A stretch of 64,000 nt of DNA, taken from NCBI GenBank assembly GCA_030698625.1, contig JAUYMS010000026.1:14841-78840 (forward strand), given 5' to 3'. Positions within the stretch are counted from its first letter, which is position 1, and each line of letters starts with the position of its first letter. Both the position numbers and the translations under genes were made by a program. The notes under the pieces are model-generated. The model was not told where the DNA came from. It did no database searches and was given only the letters and a program-made list of their open reading frames with translations. The DNA is from Candidatus Omnitrophota bacterium (GTDB lineage: Bacteria > Omnitrophota > Omnitrophia > Omnitrophales > Aquincolibacteriaceae). This document shows positions 9,662 through 19,017 of this stretch, piece after piece.

Positions 9662-10976
9662 TGAACTCTCCGTGACTCTCTAGAAAAGATGGGATGTCTG
9701 CCCGAGACACGAATCGGGCCTTGGTAAACCCGCGGCGGGCAATCTCCTCCACAATTAACTCCGAATGAACCCCATGGACGTTTATCTCGCCGGCTCCATA
9801 GATGTCCGTCACGATAATATTATCCGCCAGTTCCAAGGCCACCGCAAATTCTTTCAGAAAAGCCCGGGTGCGCGAATAACGATGCGGCTGAAATATGACT
9901 GTCAACGGCCGACGCATCGAACGAAGCGCCGCCAATGATGCTTCGACCTCGGTGGGATGATGCGCATAATCATCAATGACCACGAGCTCATCGGAAGACC
10001 ATTTGACCTCCAAACGGCGACGCACTCCGCGAAATCGAGCCATCGCGGTTTCGAGGGAATCTGCATCAATGCCCAACGCAGTCAATAAAGCAGTTGCCGC
10101 AAGCGCGTTAGCAACATTGTGTTTCCCTGGCACGGCAAGCCGCAGTCGCGTGGCGAAAAAGCCGGCCTCGCACATGTCAAATTCTACTCCGCCCGCTGTC
10201 ATCTTGATGTCCTTTGCCGCAAAATCAGCTGTCGGCGTCATCCCGAAACTCATGCGGGGCTTCCCGCTTTCCAAAACAAGTTCCCGCAAAACCGGGTCGT
10301 CATTGTTGTAAATAATCAGTCCGGGGTTGTGCGCGTTTCCAATAAAGTGGCGGAAGGTCATCTTCAAGTCTTCAAGATCAGCATAATTGTCGAGGTGGTC
10401 CTCCTCCAAGTTGGTGAGCACCACGTAATTCGGGGAGTATAGCATGTGTGAGCGGTCACTTTCGTCAACCTCAGAGATCCAGAGTTTCGACTCGCCCAAA
10501 ATTGCATTTGTGCCCAAATTAAGAACATCACCGCCCACAAGACATGTCGGATTCCTGCCCGCCTCGGAGAGGACGTAAGAAATCATGGACGTCGTCGTTG
10601 TCTTGCCGTGGGTTCCGCAAACAGCAACTGATGTCGCGGCACGATTCAAAAGGGATGACAATACTTCGGCTCGGTGGCAGACTCTGATACCCGCTTGACG
10701 TGCCGCTCGCATTTCAACATGGTCACGGGGAATAGCCGAGGAATAAATGATAAGATCAGATTCGCCAAAGCAGGCCTCACGCTGGCCTATAAATACGGGG
10801 ATTCCGGAACGTGTCAAATCGCGGGTTGTCCCGCTTTCTATCAAATCCGAGCCTGACACCCGCATTCCCCCATGGTAGAGCACACGAGCCAACGCACTCA
10901 TACCCACCCCGGCAATTCCTATGAGGTAGGCGCGCTCTGCGGATCCGATGACATCCTTTGGGATAAGTCTTTCCAT
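9576..10976 (-). CDS. murC: UDP-N-acetylmuramate--L-alanine ligase.
   Basis: IGIAGVGMSALA Rossmann motif, GTHGKTTTTSM P-loop and the Mur ligase C-terminus. Confidence 0.9.
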   Translation of the reverse strand: MERLIPKDVIGSAERAYLIGIAGVGMSALARVLYHGGMRVSGSDLIESGTTRDLTRSGIPVFIGQREACFGESDLIIYSSAIPRDHVEMRAARQAGIRVCHRAEVLSSLLNRAATSVAVCGTHGKTTTTSMISYVLSEAGRNPTCLVGGDVLNLGTNAILGESKLWISEVDESDRSHMLYSPNYVVLTNLEEDHLDNYADLEDLKMTFRHFIGNAHNPGLIIYNNDDPVLRELVLESGKPRMSFGMTPTADFAAKDIKMTAGGVEFDMCEAGFFATRLRLAVPGKHNVANALAATALLTALGIDADSLETAMARFRGVRRRLEVKWSSDELVVIDDYAHHPTEVEASLAALRSMRRPLTVIFQPHRYSRTRAFLKEFAVALELADNIIVTDIYGAGEINVHGVHSELIVEEIARRGFTKARFVSRADIPSFLESHGEFNGVIAFIGAGNIGECADEFASRIQLTTA

Positions 10977-12100
10977 GCTTCCCTTTCCACAATCTTTACA
11001 GCTACATCAACAAGCTTTTCAGCTGCATCGGGTACGGCGAACACCTCTAGCGCCGTAACCATGGCGCGGCGCCCATCTAAATTCTTATTTAAACCTCTTA
11101 CTTGCTCAACTAACCAATCCCCCGTGAAATCACTTTCCTGCTTGAGGAGGATCGCTCGTCGGGCTTCAAACATTTCGGCATTCGCTTGTTGATGCCCTCC
11201 CGCATGGGGATACGGAACGACGATAGCAGGCAGCCGAAATAAGGCTAATTCGAAAAGCGTATTGGCACCGGCTCGAGTAATGGCCAAATCTGCTTCCCGG
11301 TAGAGGTCTTCTATATTTTCAAAGAAGGGAAAAATCTGATTTCTGACCCCGAGGTTTCGATAAGACCGAACCACCTCCTCATAGTCCGACTTCCCTGTAA
11401 TATGAGTAACGGCAATTTTGCGCTTTTCTTCAGATTCAAGGAGCGAAAAACACTGTAAAACCGTACGATTAAGGCTATGCGCCCCCTGAGAGCCTCCCAT
11501 GACAAGAAGCCGCAAAATTTCATTTCGCCCGGAGCAACCTTGGACGGTTTTCCGAGCCGCGCTACAGACTGAAGCTCGAATCGGCAAGCCAACAAATTCG
11601 ACCGCAGCCGACTTATGCTTAGAAAAGGTCCCGGGAAAGCTCGTGGTAACCCGGTCAACATGCGGAGCCAACCATTTCGTGGCCCTTCCGGGCGCACAAT
11701 TCTGCTCATGAATCACGGTTGGGATCTTTTTCCAGGAACTTAACAGCATGCCGGGGTAACTTACATAACTACCAAAACCAACTGCCAGGACCGGCTTTGC
11801 CTCCGACAAATATCGCCATGAAGACCAAAAAGCCTGGAGCAATTTTAACAGAAAGGTTATCGCGCGCAAGGAAAATCCCGGTGAAAACGGAAAGTCATTT
11901 AGATAAATGATGTGATCAAAAACACCGCCCGCCATTTGCGCCTCAAAAGTCCGAGCTCGCTTACTGGTGACAAGTTCAACGCGCACTTGCGGTATGCGAT
12001 TTCTGAGGGCTTCGGCGAAAGCAAGCGCCGGAAATAGATGCCCCCCCGACGGTCCCGCGAAAACTGAGACAGTGGGAAGGCGCTCCTGATCGGCTATCAT
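10919..12100 (-). CDS. murG: UDP-GlcNAc:lipid I transferase MurG. ATG 12100 overlaps the ftsW stop as ATGA.
   Basis: GGTGGHLFPALA-type motif (SGGHLFPALAFAEAL) and the GT28 C-terminal domain. Confidence 0.85.
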   Translation of the reverse strand: MIADQERLPTVSVFAGPSGGHLFPALAFAEALRNRIPQVRVELVTSKRARTFEAQMAGGVFDHIIYLNDFPFSPGFSLRAITFLLKLLQAFWSSWRYLSEAKPVLAVGFGSYVSYPGMLLSSWKKIPTVIHEQNCAPGRATKWLAPHVDRVTTSFPGTFSKHKSAAVEFVGLPIRASVCSAARKTVQGCSGRNEILRLLVMGGSQGAHSLNRTVLQCFSLLESEEKRKIAVTHITGKSDYEEVVRSYRNLGVRNQIFPFFENIEDLYREADLAITRAGANTLFELALFRLPAIVVPYPHAGGHQQANAEMFEARRAILLKQESDFTGDWLVEQVRGLNKNLDGRRAMVTALEVFAVPDAAEKLVDVAVKIVEREAWKDLSQRMSSDPQSAPTS

Positions 12101-13197
12101 GTGTGAGTTGCGCACATCTGACGGTCCATGCTCGCCAGAAGTCCTATGATGATCATATTAAACACAAGGGATGTCCCTCCGTAGCTTACAAAGGGTAGTG
12201 GTAATCCCTTCGTGGGCACCAACCCCGTAGCAACCAGCATGTTGATGAGCGCTTGCAGGACAATCAGCAACACCAGCGAGTAAATAAACAATCTGTCGTA
12301 ATCCCTTTCGGCCCGGAGGATCATGCGGATTCCCATGATAAAGATGACCGCATAGAGAAGCAGCACTGTCAAGATACCTACGAGCCCGAATTCTTCGGCA
12401 ATCACAGAAAAAATAAAATCATTATAGCTGGAAGGAAGGTAGAAAAGCTTCTGTGCACTCTGCCCAAGCCCCACCCCTTTAATTCCTCCCAGGCCGAATG
12501 CAAGAAAGGACTGTATGATCTGAAAGCCACTTCCCTGAGGGTCATCCCAGGGATTTAGGTACGCCGTAACGCGGCTGAGACGATAAGGAACACGCATAAT
12601 GAGATAATAGAACGCGGGAATAAAAAAGATTCCTGAAATCAGGATAAACCTTAACTTTAACCCTGCAACAATGAAAAGGACGGCTGCTGATATTAAGATG
12701 AAAAGACAGGATCCCAGGTCCGGTTGCATGATGATAAGAGCACAGACGAGCCCCACGACAATAAAGGGTGGGGTAAATACGTTCAAATTGCCGCGCTGGA
12801 TTAACTTGATTTTGCGTGAGAGGTAATCGGCCAGATAGAGGCAGACTGCTATTTTGGCAAATTCCGCCGGTTGAAAACTAAATCCGCCCAGTTGGATCCA
12901 GCGGCGCGCACCGCCGGCGGATCGCCCCAAGCCTTCGATATAGACCAGCATGAGGCCAATAATCGCCACAACCATGATGAGGCGGGACTGCCTCTTCCAG
13001 AACGATACCGGAACTGCCGCCACAAGAAATAGAAAAAGCGTTCCTACCGCGGCGAAGGAAACCTGTCTAATGAGAAAATATTGCGCGTTCCCGTAGACCT
13101 TTTCAGCGAAAACGGCACTCGCGCTGTAGGTCATGGCAATACCGAGAGCCGTCAAGAGATAGGCGGCAGCAAATATGATCCGCGCTTCGCGTGACAT
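12097..13197 (-). CDS. ftsW: SEDS-family peptidoglycan polymerase FtsW. ATG 13197 overlaps the murD stop by one nucleotide (TAATG).
   Basis: Ten-transmembrane FtsW/RodA pattern. It lies between murD and murG. Confidence 0.85.
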   Translation of the reverse strand: MSREARIIFAAAYLLTALGIAMTYSASAVFAEKVYGNAQYFLIRQVSFAAVGTLFLFLVAAVPVSFWKRQSRLIMVVAIIGLMLVYIEGLGRSAGGARRWIQLGGFSFQPAEFAKIAVCLYLADYLSRKIKLIQRGNLNVFTPPFIVVGLVCALIIMQPDLGSCLFILISAAVLFIVAGLKLRFILISGIFFIPAFYYLIMRVPYRLSRVTAYLNPWDDPQGSGFQIIQSFLAFGLGGIKGVGLGQSAQKLFYLPSSYNDFIFSVIAEEFGLVGILTVLLLYAVIFIMGIRMILRAERDYDRLFIYSLVLLIVLQALINMLVATGLVPTKGLPLPFVSYGGTSLVFNMIIIGLLASMDRQMCATHT

Positions 13198-14483
13198 TAG
13201 GTAACACAGTCCCCCTGGGTCGACAAAGGAGCGCCGGCTTGCGCAACCCACTCTTTAAACTGCCGCCCCCGGTCTTGATAGCTATCGAACATATCAAAGC
13301 TTGCGCATGCCGGAGAAAGTAATATCGTGTCGCCGGTTCTGGCAGCACTTCGCGCCGATTCCAGGGCCGTGCTGAGATCGTTAACAACTCGGACAGGACA
13401 AAGCCCGTCCCAAGAATCTCGCAACAGGGGCGCAGCCTCGCCCATAACGAATATTTCACGGGCCTTTTGCCGGATCTTATTCCGCAACCGGACGAAGTCA
13501 TGAGCCTTGGGGCGGCCTCCGGCAATTAATAAAACGCGCGCGTCCGGCATTTGATCTATGGCCCACTCCAAAGACGATAGGGTCGTGCACTTCGAATCAT
13601 TAACATAGGTCACACCATCAACCACAGCGACCCTTTCCATACGGTGCTCGATCCCCTCAAAAGCATCCAAAATCCGGTTGACCGTGTCTACATCACAGCC
13701 GTAGATCGCCGCAACTGTGCGAACGACTTCATGATTTGGATTCCCCCGCAAGTCCTCGCCGAAACAGATACTCTCCGCCAAGATAGGGTATTCAGGAAAA
13801 AATTCCAGCTGGTCCCGGCGACGAAAAACAGCATGGTCCCCGGAAACCTGATTCTGAAACGCTTTGAGTTTTGCCTGCACGTATTCGCCCATGTCGGCAT
13901 GCCAATCTAAATGATTGGGGCTCAGATTCAGTATAACCGATACGCGAGGATGCAGCTCTTGACAGTTTTGCAATTGAAAAGAACTCACTTCGACAATCAC
14001 CGGCTGATCGACACCGATGCCTTCCAGTGCACCAATCCAAGGATCGCCGATATTGCCGCAGAGAGTCGCCCCTGGAAATTTAGTTTTCAGGGCTCGGTGA
14101 AGCAAAGTTGCCACAGTCGTCTTGCCGCATGTGCCGGTAATAGCGATCACATCGCGCGAAGGGCAGAATCGCCAGGCAACTTCAATCTCGCTCAACATGG
14201 GAATCTTACGAGCAACCGCATCGCGGTAGATCGGGGCCGCGGGTTTAATCCCGGGAGAAACGAGAATCCAATCACTTCCGAAGATAGAGCCCCCGGAATG
14301 CCCTCCGAGTTCCACACAGATCCCTTCGCGCAGAAGTCTGCCGGCCCGCCCACGCGATATTTCAGACGAGGCATCGTCGTAAACGAGCACATCAAACCCT
14401 TGGCGGCGCAGAAAAAGGGCGCTTTCGTAGCCGCTTTGGCCCAAACCCAGAACCGTGACTTTTTTACCCGGAAGAGAAGTCAT
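13197..14483 (-). CDS. murD: UDP-N-acetylmuramoylalanine--D-glutamate ligase.
   Basis: KKVTVLGLGQSGYE Rossmann motif and GTCGKTTV P-loop. Confidence 0.9.
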   Translation of the reverse strand: MTSLPGKKVTVLGLGQSGYESALFLRRQGFDVLVYDDASSEISRGRAGRLLREGICVELGGHSGGSIFGSDWILVSPGIKPAAPIYRDAVARKIPMLSEIEVAWRFCPSRDVIAITGTCGKTTVATLLHRALKTKFPGATLCGNIGDPWIGALEGIGVDQPVIVEVSSFQLQNCQELHPRVSVILNLSPNHLDWHADMGEYVQAKLKAFQNQVSGDHAVFRRRDQLEFFPEYPILAESICFGEDLRGNPNHEVVRTVAAIYGCDVDTVNRILDAFEGIEHRMERVAVVDGVTYVNDSKCTTLSSLEWAIDQMPDARVLLIAGGRPKAHDFVRLRNKIRQKAREIFVMGEAAPLLRDSWDGLCPVRVVNDLSTALESARSAARTGDTILLSPACASFDMFDSYQDRGRQFKEWVAQAGAPLSTQGDCVT

Positions 14484-14496
14484 GCACTCCTTGGCT

Positions 14497-15582
14497 CTAA
14501 CGAACTTTCAATGTGCTGAGACCGATCACCGCGAGGATCAGAGAAATAATCCAAAGCCGGATTGTCACCTTAGATTCCGGCCACCCTTTAAGCTGGAGGT
14601 GATGATGGAAGGGCGACATAAGGAAGATCCTCTTCCTAAACAATTTAAAACTGGCCACCTGCAAAATAACCGACAGCGCTTCCCATGCAAACACGCCGCC
14701 AACAATGAGAAGCACGGCCTCCTTTTTCGTAAGAACGGCGACCGTTCCTATCGCACCTCCGAGCGCCAGCGATCCGGTGTCCCCCATCATGACTTCCGCA
14801 GGATAGGAATTAAACCAAAGAAAACCGGCACTCGCTCCGACAAGGGCTGAACAGAAAACCGTGATCTCACCGGAGTCCCTCACATGAGGGATAGACAAAT
14901 AAGCGGCGTAGTCAATGCGGCCGACCAGATACGAGATAATGGCAAAGGACCCCACCGTAAACAACGTACACCCCACAGCCAAACCATCGAGGCCATCGGT
15001 AAGATTAAGCGCATTTGATGAACCGACCAGCACAAGAACCACAAAGGGAATAAAAAAAGCCGAGAACTCCAGCGCGGGTCTCTTGAGAAACGGCAGATAA
15101 AAACCATGATCAAACTGCGGGTCCAGGTACAAATAAACGCCTAACGCAATAGCCATAACGAGCTGCCCGCAAAGCTTGGTTAAGGAACTGAGACCTCGAG
15201 AACTCCGAGATTGGAGTTTTATCCAGTCATCCAGAAAACCGAGAGCCCCAAATCCTGTGATGGCGATCATGAGTATCCAAGAAAAGCGGTTCGTCAGATC
15301 CGCCCAAAGCAACATCGTCATCATGACGGCGACCACCATCAGAATCCCACCCATGGTCGGCACGTCGTTCTTGTGTTCATATAAAGCATGGAGAGACTCG
15401 GCATATTCGCGTTTATTGTGCGTGAGCGCATTGACTTGTTTCAGCCAGCGAATCATCATGGGTCCGAGCAACAGGCACAAGAGAAAGGCCGTAATACTCG
15501 CACCCGCGGCGCGGAAGGTAATATAGCGAAACAGATTAAAAAATATGGAAACATCCTTTAAAGGATGCAGGAAATACAACAT
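14497..15582 (-). CDS. mraY: Phospho-N-acetylmuramoyl-pentapeptide transferase.
   Basis: MraY polytopic pattern with the NLTDGLDGLA motif. Confidence 0.9.
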   Translation of the reverse strand: MLYFLHPLKDVSIFFNLFRYITFRAAGASITAFLLCLLLGPMMIRWLKQVNALTHNKREYAESLHALYEHKNDVPTMGGILMVVAVMMTMLLWADLTNRFSWILMIAITGFGALGFLDDWIKLQSRSSRGLSSLTKLCGQLVMAIALGVYLYLDPQFDHGFYLPFLKRPALEFSAFFIPFVVLVLVGSSNALNLTDGLDGLAVGCTLFTVGSFAIISYLVGRIDYAAYLSIPHVRDSGEITVFCSALVGASAGFLWFNSYPAEVMMGDTGSLALGGAIGTVAVLTKKEAVLLIVGGVFAWEALSVILQVASFKLFRKRIFLMSPFHHHLQLKGWPESKVTIRLWIISLILAVIGLSTLKVR

Positions 15583-15591
15583 TTCAGAGCC

Positions 15592-16956
15592 TCACACTGC
15601 CTCAAGCGAGCGCAGCACCTTGTCCATTCTCATACCCCTGGACGCCTTTAGGAGTAGCAAATCTCCCGGCTGAAGATACCCTTTTAGAAATTGTGTCGTT
15701 TCTTCGGGATCGCTAAGCTTATACACGGTAGCCTCCGGACGCATCTCCTTGAGGGTCTTTAGACTATGCGCCGCGCGACTACCGTAGGCAACAACACAGT
15801 CCAGCTTGCACCGCGAAATGGCTTCCCCAAGTTGGCCGTGATAAGCCTCCTCATCCTTTCCCATTTCCAGCATATCCGAAAACACCAGAATCTTGCGCCC
15901 TTTCGCATCAAGAGCATCGAACGTTTGCAAAGCATCTTGAAAGGACGCTGGGCTTGCATTGTAACAATCATCAATAACACATAATCCGTCACCTATCCAT
16001 TTCTGCTCAAATCGCCCGGACATTAGCTCCAGCCCTTTCCAGTACTCCGGAACATCTTCGAGTCTCCCGCCCAAGCTCTCGAACACGGCTAATGCCATGG
16101 CAGCATTACGGACATAGAAAGCAGCCATGCTCGAAAATTTGAACCGATAGCGATCGCAGAAACGAAACTCCACCGTATGACCTGAAACATGGACGTCCGT
16201 GTAGCGATAATTCGCAGCTGTCGTTGTGCCCACCTTAATCACTTTGGATCGGGTGTGGCTCACTTCCGCGCTCAGGATCGGATCGTCATCCGGGATAACC
16301 AAGAATGAATTCTCGGCTAAATTCGCGGCAATCTCCGCCTTCCCCTTGTAGACAGCGTCAAGAGTGCCAAATCCCTCGAGATGAGCCGGTGAGACGCGTG
16401 TAATCACCGCCGCATCCGGTTGTGCCAAGCTGGCCAAATAAGCAATATCTCCCGGCCTGCTGGCCCCCATTTCCGCGATGCAGATATCGTGCTCCGCTCT
16501 AAGAGATAGAAGTGTTAAAGGGACCCCTAGCTGATTATTGAAATTCCCGGCGCTGGCCAGGGGTTTAAATTTTAACCCTAACAGATACGCCAGAAACTGC
16601 TTGGTCGTCGTTTTGCCGATACTGCCGGTAACTCCTACCAGAGGCACCTTATGACGAGAAAAGTATTGAGACGCTAGGAGCCCCAGACCTTTTTCCGGGT
16701 CTGTAACGCATAATAGGTTCTTATAGTTCGCATTACGGGCATCCCACTTATCGGACACGACCGCCCCTGACGCCCCCTTCTGAAACGCATCATCCAAGTA
16801 GTCATGTCCATCGCGGGCGGGGCCTTGCAAAGCAATGAAGAGATCCCCGGGTTGCAAGGTTCGGGTGTCAATTGAAACGCCGGCGGGTCGCTTAGTAGAG
16901 TCTTCCAGGTCTAGGCGGGCGCCTAGCCAGGATGCTGCCTCATGAAAGGAAAACAC
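15592..16956 (-). CDS. murF: UDP-MurNAc-tripeptide--D-alanyl-D-alanine ligase.
   Basis: GVTGSIGKTTTK P-loop and Mur ligase middle and C-terminal domains. Confidence 0.85.
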   Translation of the reverse strand: MFSFHEAASWLGARLDLEDSTKRPAGVSIDTRTLQPGDLFIALQGPARDGHDYLDDAFQKGASGAVVSDKWDARNANYKNLLCVTDPEKGLGLLASQYFSRHKVPLVGVTGSIGKTTTKQFLAYLLGLKFKPLASAGNFNNQLGVPLTLLSLRAEHDICIAEMGASRPGDIAYLASLAQPDAAVITRVSPAHLEGFGTLDAVYKGKAEIAANLAENSFLVIPDDDPILSAEVSHTRSKVIKVGTTTAANYRYTDVHVSGHTVEFRFCDRYRFKFSSMAAFYVRNAAMALAVFESLGGRLEDVPEYWKGLELMSGRFEQKWIGDGLCVIDDCYNASPASFQDALQTFDALDAKGRKILVFSDMLEMGKDEEAYHGQLGEAISRCKLDCVVAYGSRAAHSLKTLKEMRPEATVYKLSDPEETTQFLKGYLQPGDLLLLKASRGMRMDKVLRSLEAV

Positions 16957-18424
16957 GGGTTTTCCTTTTTAGGCATTCGCGCGCTACGGCGCGATCATCA
17001 AAAGGAATTTTCTTTTCGCCGAGTATCTGATAGTCTTCGTGGCCTTTGCCTAAAATAAAAAGCACGTCTCCCGGTTCGGCTAATGTGACAAGCCTCTCGA
17101 TCGCTTCGGCGCGATCCGGTATTTCCAGCACGTCTGGCCTCTCCTTCGCGCCTTTAGGCAAGCCCCGCCTCATATCAGAGAATATTTCCTCGGGATCCTC
17201 GGAACGGGGGTTATCCGAAGTGAAAATAACGATGTCTGAGTAACGGCAGGCAGCGCGAGTCATAAGAGGCCGCTTAGCGCGATCGCGGTCACCTCCGCAT
17301 CCAAAAAGGGTCAGCACTCGGCGGGGAGCCAAATCATGAGCCTGACCTAAAACACTCTCAAAAGCATCCGGCGTGTGCGCGTAATCCACAAAGACATCAA
17401 AATCGCTAGCTCCCGTGATCCTCTCCATCCTTCCCGGAATTCCCGGCATCTCTTTTAGAATATCCAGAAACTCTCTGGGATCGTAGCCTAACAAGTCAAG
17501 CCCCCCAAGAACGGCCACGGTATTCGACACATTATGCTTTAGAGGCAAACGAATCTGAACCGGTATCTGCTGATCTCGATAGCGAAACTTAAAGAAGTTA
17601 CCCTGGAGCGAAGGGACAATGTCCGTGGCCATGTAATCCGCTTCAGCCTCCAAACCATAAGTCTTGGCACTCGGCATCACTTCGATAAGACGTCGGCCAT
17701 AGCGACAATCACGATTGATTAAGCATTGCCGCGGCGGCGGTTCCGAAAGAAATAACCTCCTCTTTGCTGCAAAATACTGCTCCAGATCCTTGTGATAATC
17801 AAGATGGTCCTGCGACAATTGCGTAAAAATGGCAACGCCAAATTCCAAACCAAACACTCGCGACTGATCCAAGGCATGAGATGACACTTCCATGACACAA
17901 GCTTTTACTTTGGCGCGACGCATTTGATCAAGAAGCGGGATTAGGATTTCGGGGCCCGGCGTTGTATTAAGAGCAGATATGCGCTGTGAGGGCAACTCGT
18001 ACCAGAGGGTGCCCATATAGGCAGCCGAAGTCTTACTCGAAAGCAGCCTGTGCAGCAAATACGATATCGTGGTTTTTCCGTTCGTCCCCGTTACTCCGAC
18101 AAGATCGATGTCTTTGTCAGGGCGATGATAGAAACAATTAATGAGCATAGCCAGCGTCGCTTGTGAACTTTTAACGCGTATTGCCGCAACATTGCGAGAA
18201 ATCGTAATCTCCGGAAGATTCTCATAAACAACTGCGGCCGCTTTTGCGAGAATTGCTTGAGTTAGAAAATCGTGCCCGTCCATGCGCGATCCGGCGCAGG
18301 CAACAAATAAATCACCGGGTTCTACAGCCCGCGAATCCGAAGTGATTTTCTGAATAGTGAGATTGGGCTTCCAATGCAGTTTTTCGACAGTGGGAATCTC
18401 GCGAAATAAAGCGCCTAATTTCAA
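16940..18424 (-). CDS. murE: UDP-MurNAc-L-Ala-D-Glu--2,6-diaminopimelate ligase.
   Basis: GVTGTNGKTT P-loop and the DNPR motif (TSDNPRSEDP) typical of DAP-adding MurE. Confidence 0.9.
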   Translation of the reverse strand: MKLGALFREIPTVEKLHWKPNLTIQKITSDSRAVEPGDLFVACAGSRMDGHDFLTQAILAKAAAVVYENLPEITISRNVAAIRVKSSQATLAMLINCFYHRPDKDIDLVGVTGTNGKTTISYLLHRLLSSKTSAAYMGTLWYELPSQRISALNTTPGPEILIPLLDQMRRAKVKACVMEVSSHALDQSRVFGLEFGVAIFTQLSQDHLDYHKDLEQYFAAKRRLFLSEPPPRQCLINRDCRYGRRLIEVMPSAKTYGLEAEADYMATDIVPSLQGNFFKFRYRDQQIPVQIRLPLKHNVSNTVAVLGGLDLLGYDPREFLDILKEMPGIPGRMERITGASDFDVFVDYAHTPDAFESVLGQAHDLAPRRVLTLFGCGGDRDRAKRPLMTRAACRYSDIVIFTSDNPRSEDPEEIFSDMRRGLPKGAKERPDVLEIPDRAEAIERLVTLAEPGDVLFILGKGHEDYQILGEKKIPFDDRAVARECLKRKTRVFLS

Positions 18425-19017
18425 ATTGGGATTTCCTTATGAACTCTCTCGACCGCAGTCGACTCGCGGAAGTGAAACTCAAAAACAGGAGATTCAGCTT
18501 CGACCGCTAAAATTTCGCCCAATTGGTTGTTGCGAAAGATCAATTCTGCAAAGAAATGAGTTAGAGGCACCTGCTCGGCTGCCGCCACCGTTGCCCATTC
18601 CCCATGAAGTGTAGCGACAAGATTTTGACCTGACAGACGAACCCTTAATCCCTTGCCCAGAAAAATCGAGATGAGATCGTACCTCACGTTGAGTTGACCG
18701 GAAGACAGCTTTACTTTCCCATCCCAATCAAAGTGGACATCTTGCAGAGAAAAACTAGGCTGGAACAGCGTAGGAACAAAACGCCCGCCGATCTCCGCGT
18801 CGATGCTCCGCTCAAGCGCCCCTCGCACCCAAAGTCCCGAGAGGGGTAAAAGCAGCGCACCCGCGATAACAATGGAGACAAGGGTGGCGACACCACTCCT
18901 CCTTAGCCGGAAGAGAAATTTATTAGGCAGTTCCTGCGACCGCCGTAGGTGTAAACTTTTGAGGTGAGATAACAATTTCAACGCGGCGATTCTTCTGCTT
19001 TCCACTCGATGTTTCAT
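18421..19017 (-). CDS. Hypothetical bitopic membrane protein. It has a basic cytoplasmic N-terminus, one transmembrane helix and a roughly 135-aa periplasmic domain. It occupies the ftsL/ftsI position of the dcw cluster.
   Basis: Its stop overlaps the murE start by 4 nt (18421..18424), which suggests translational coupling. The transmembrane segment is VATLVSIVIAGALLLPLSGLWV. I recognise no family. Confidence 0.5.
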   Translation of the reverse strand: MKHRVESRRIAALKLLSHLKSLHLRRSQELPNKFLFRLRRSGVATLVSIVIAGALLLPLSGLWVRGALERSIDAEIGGRFVPTLFQPSFSLQDVHFDWDGKVKLSSGQLNVRYDLISIFLGKGLRVRLSGQNLVATLHGEWATVAAAEQVPLTHFFAELIFRNNQLGEILAVEAESPVFEFHFRESTAVERVHKEIPI

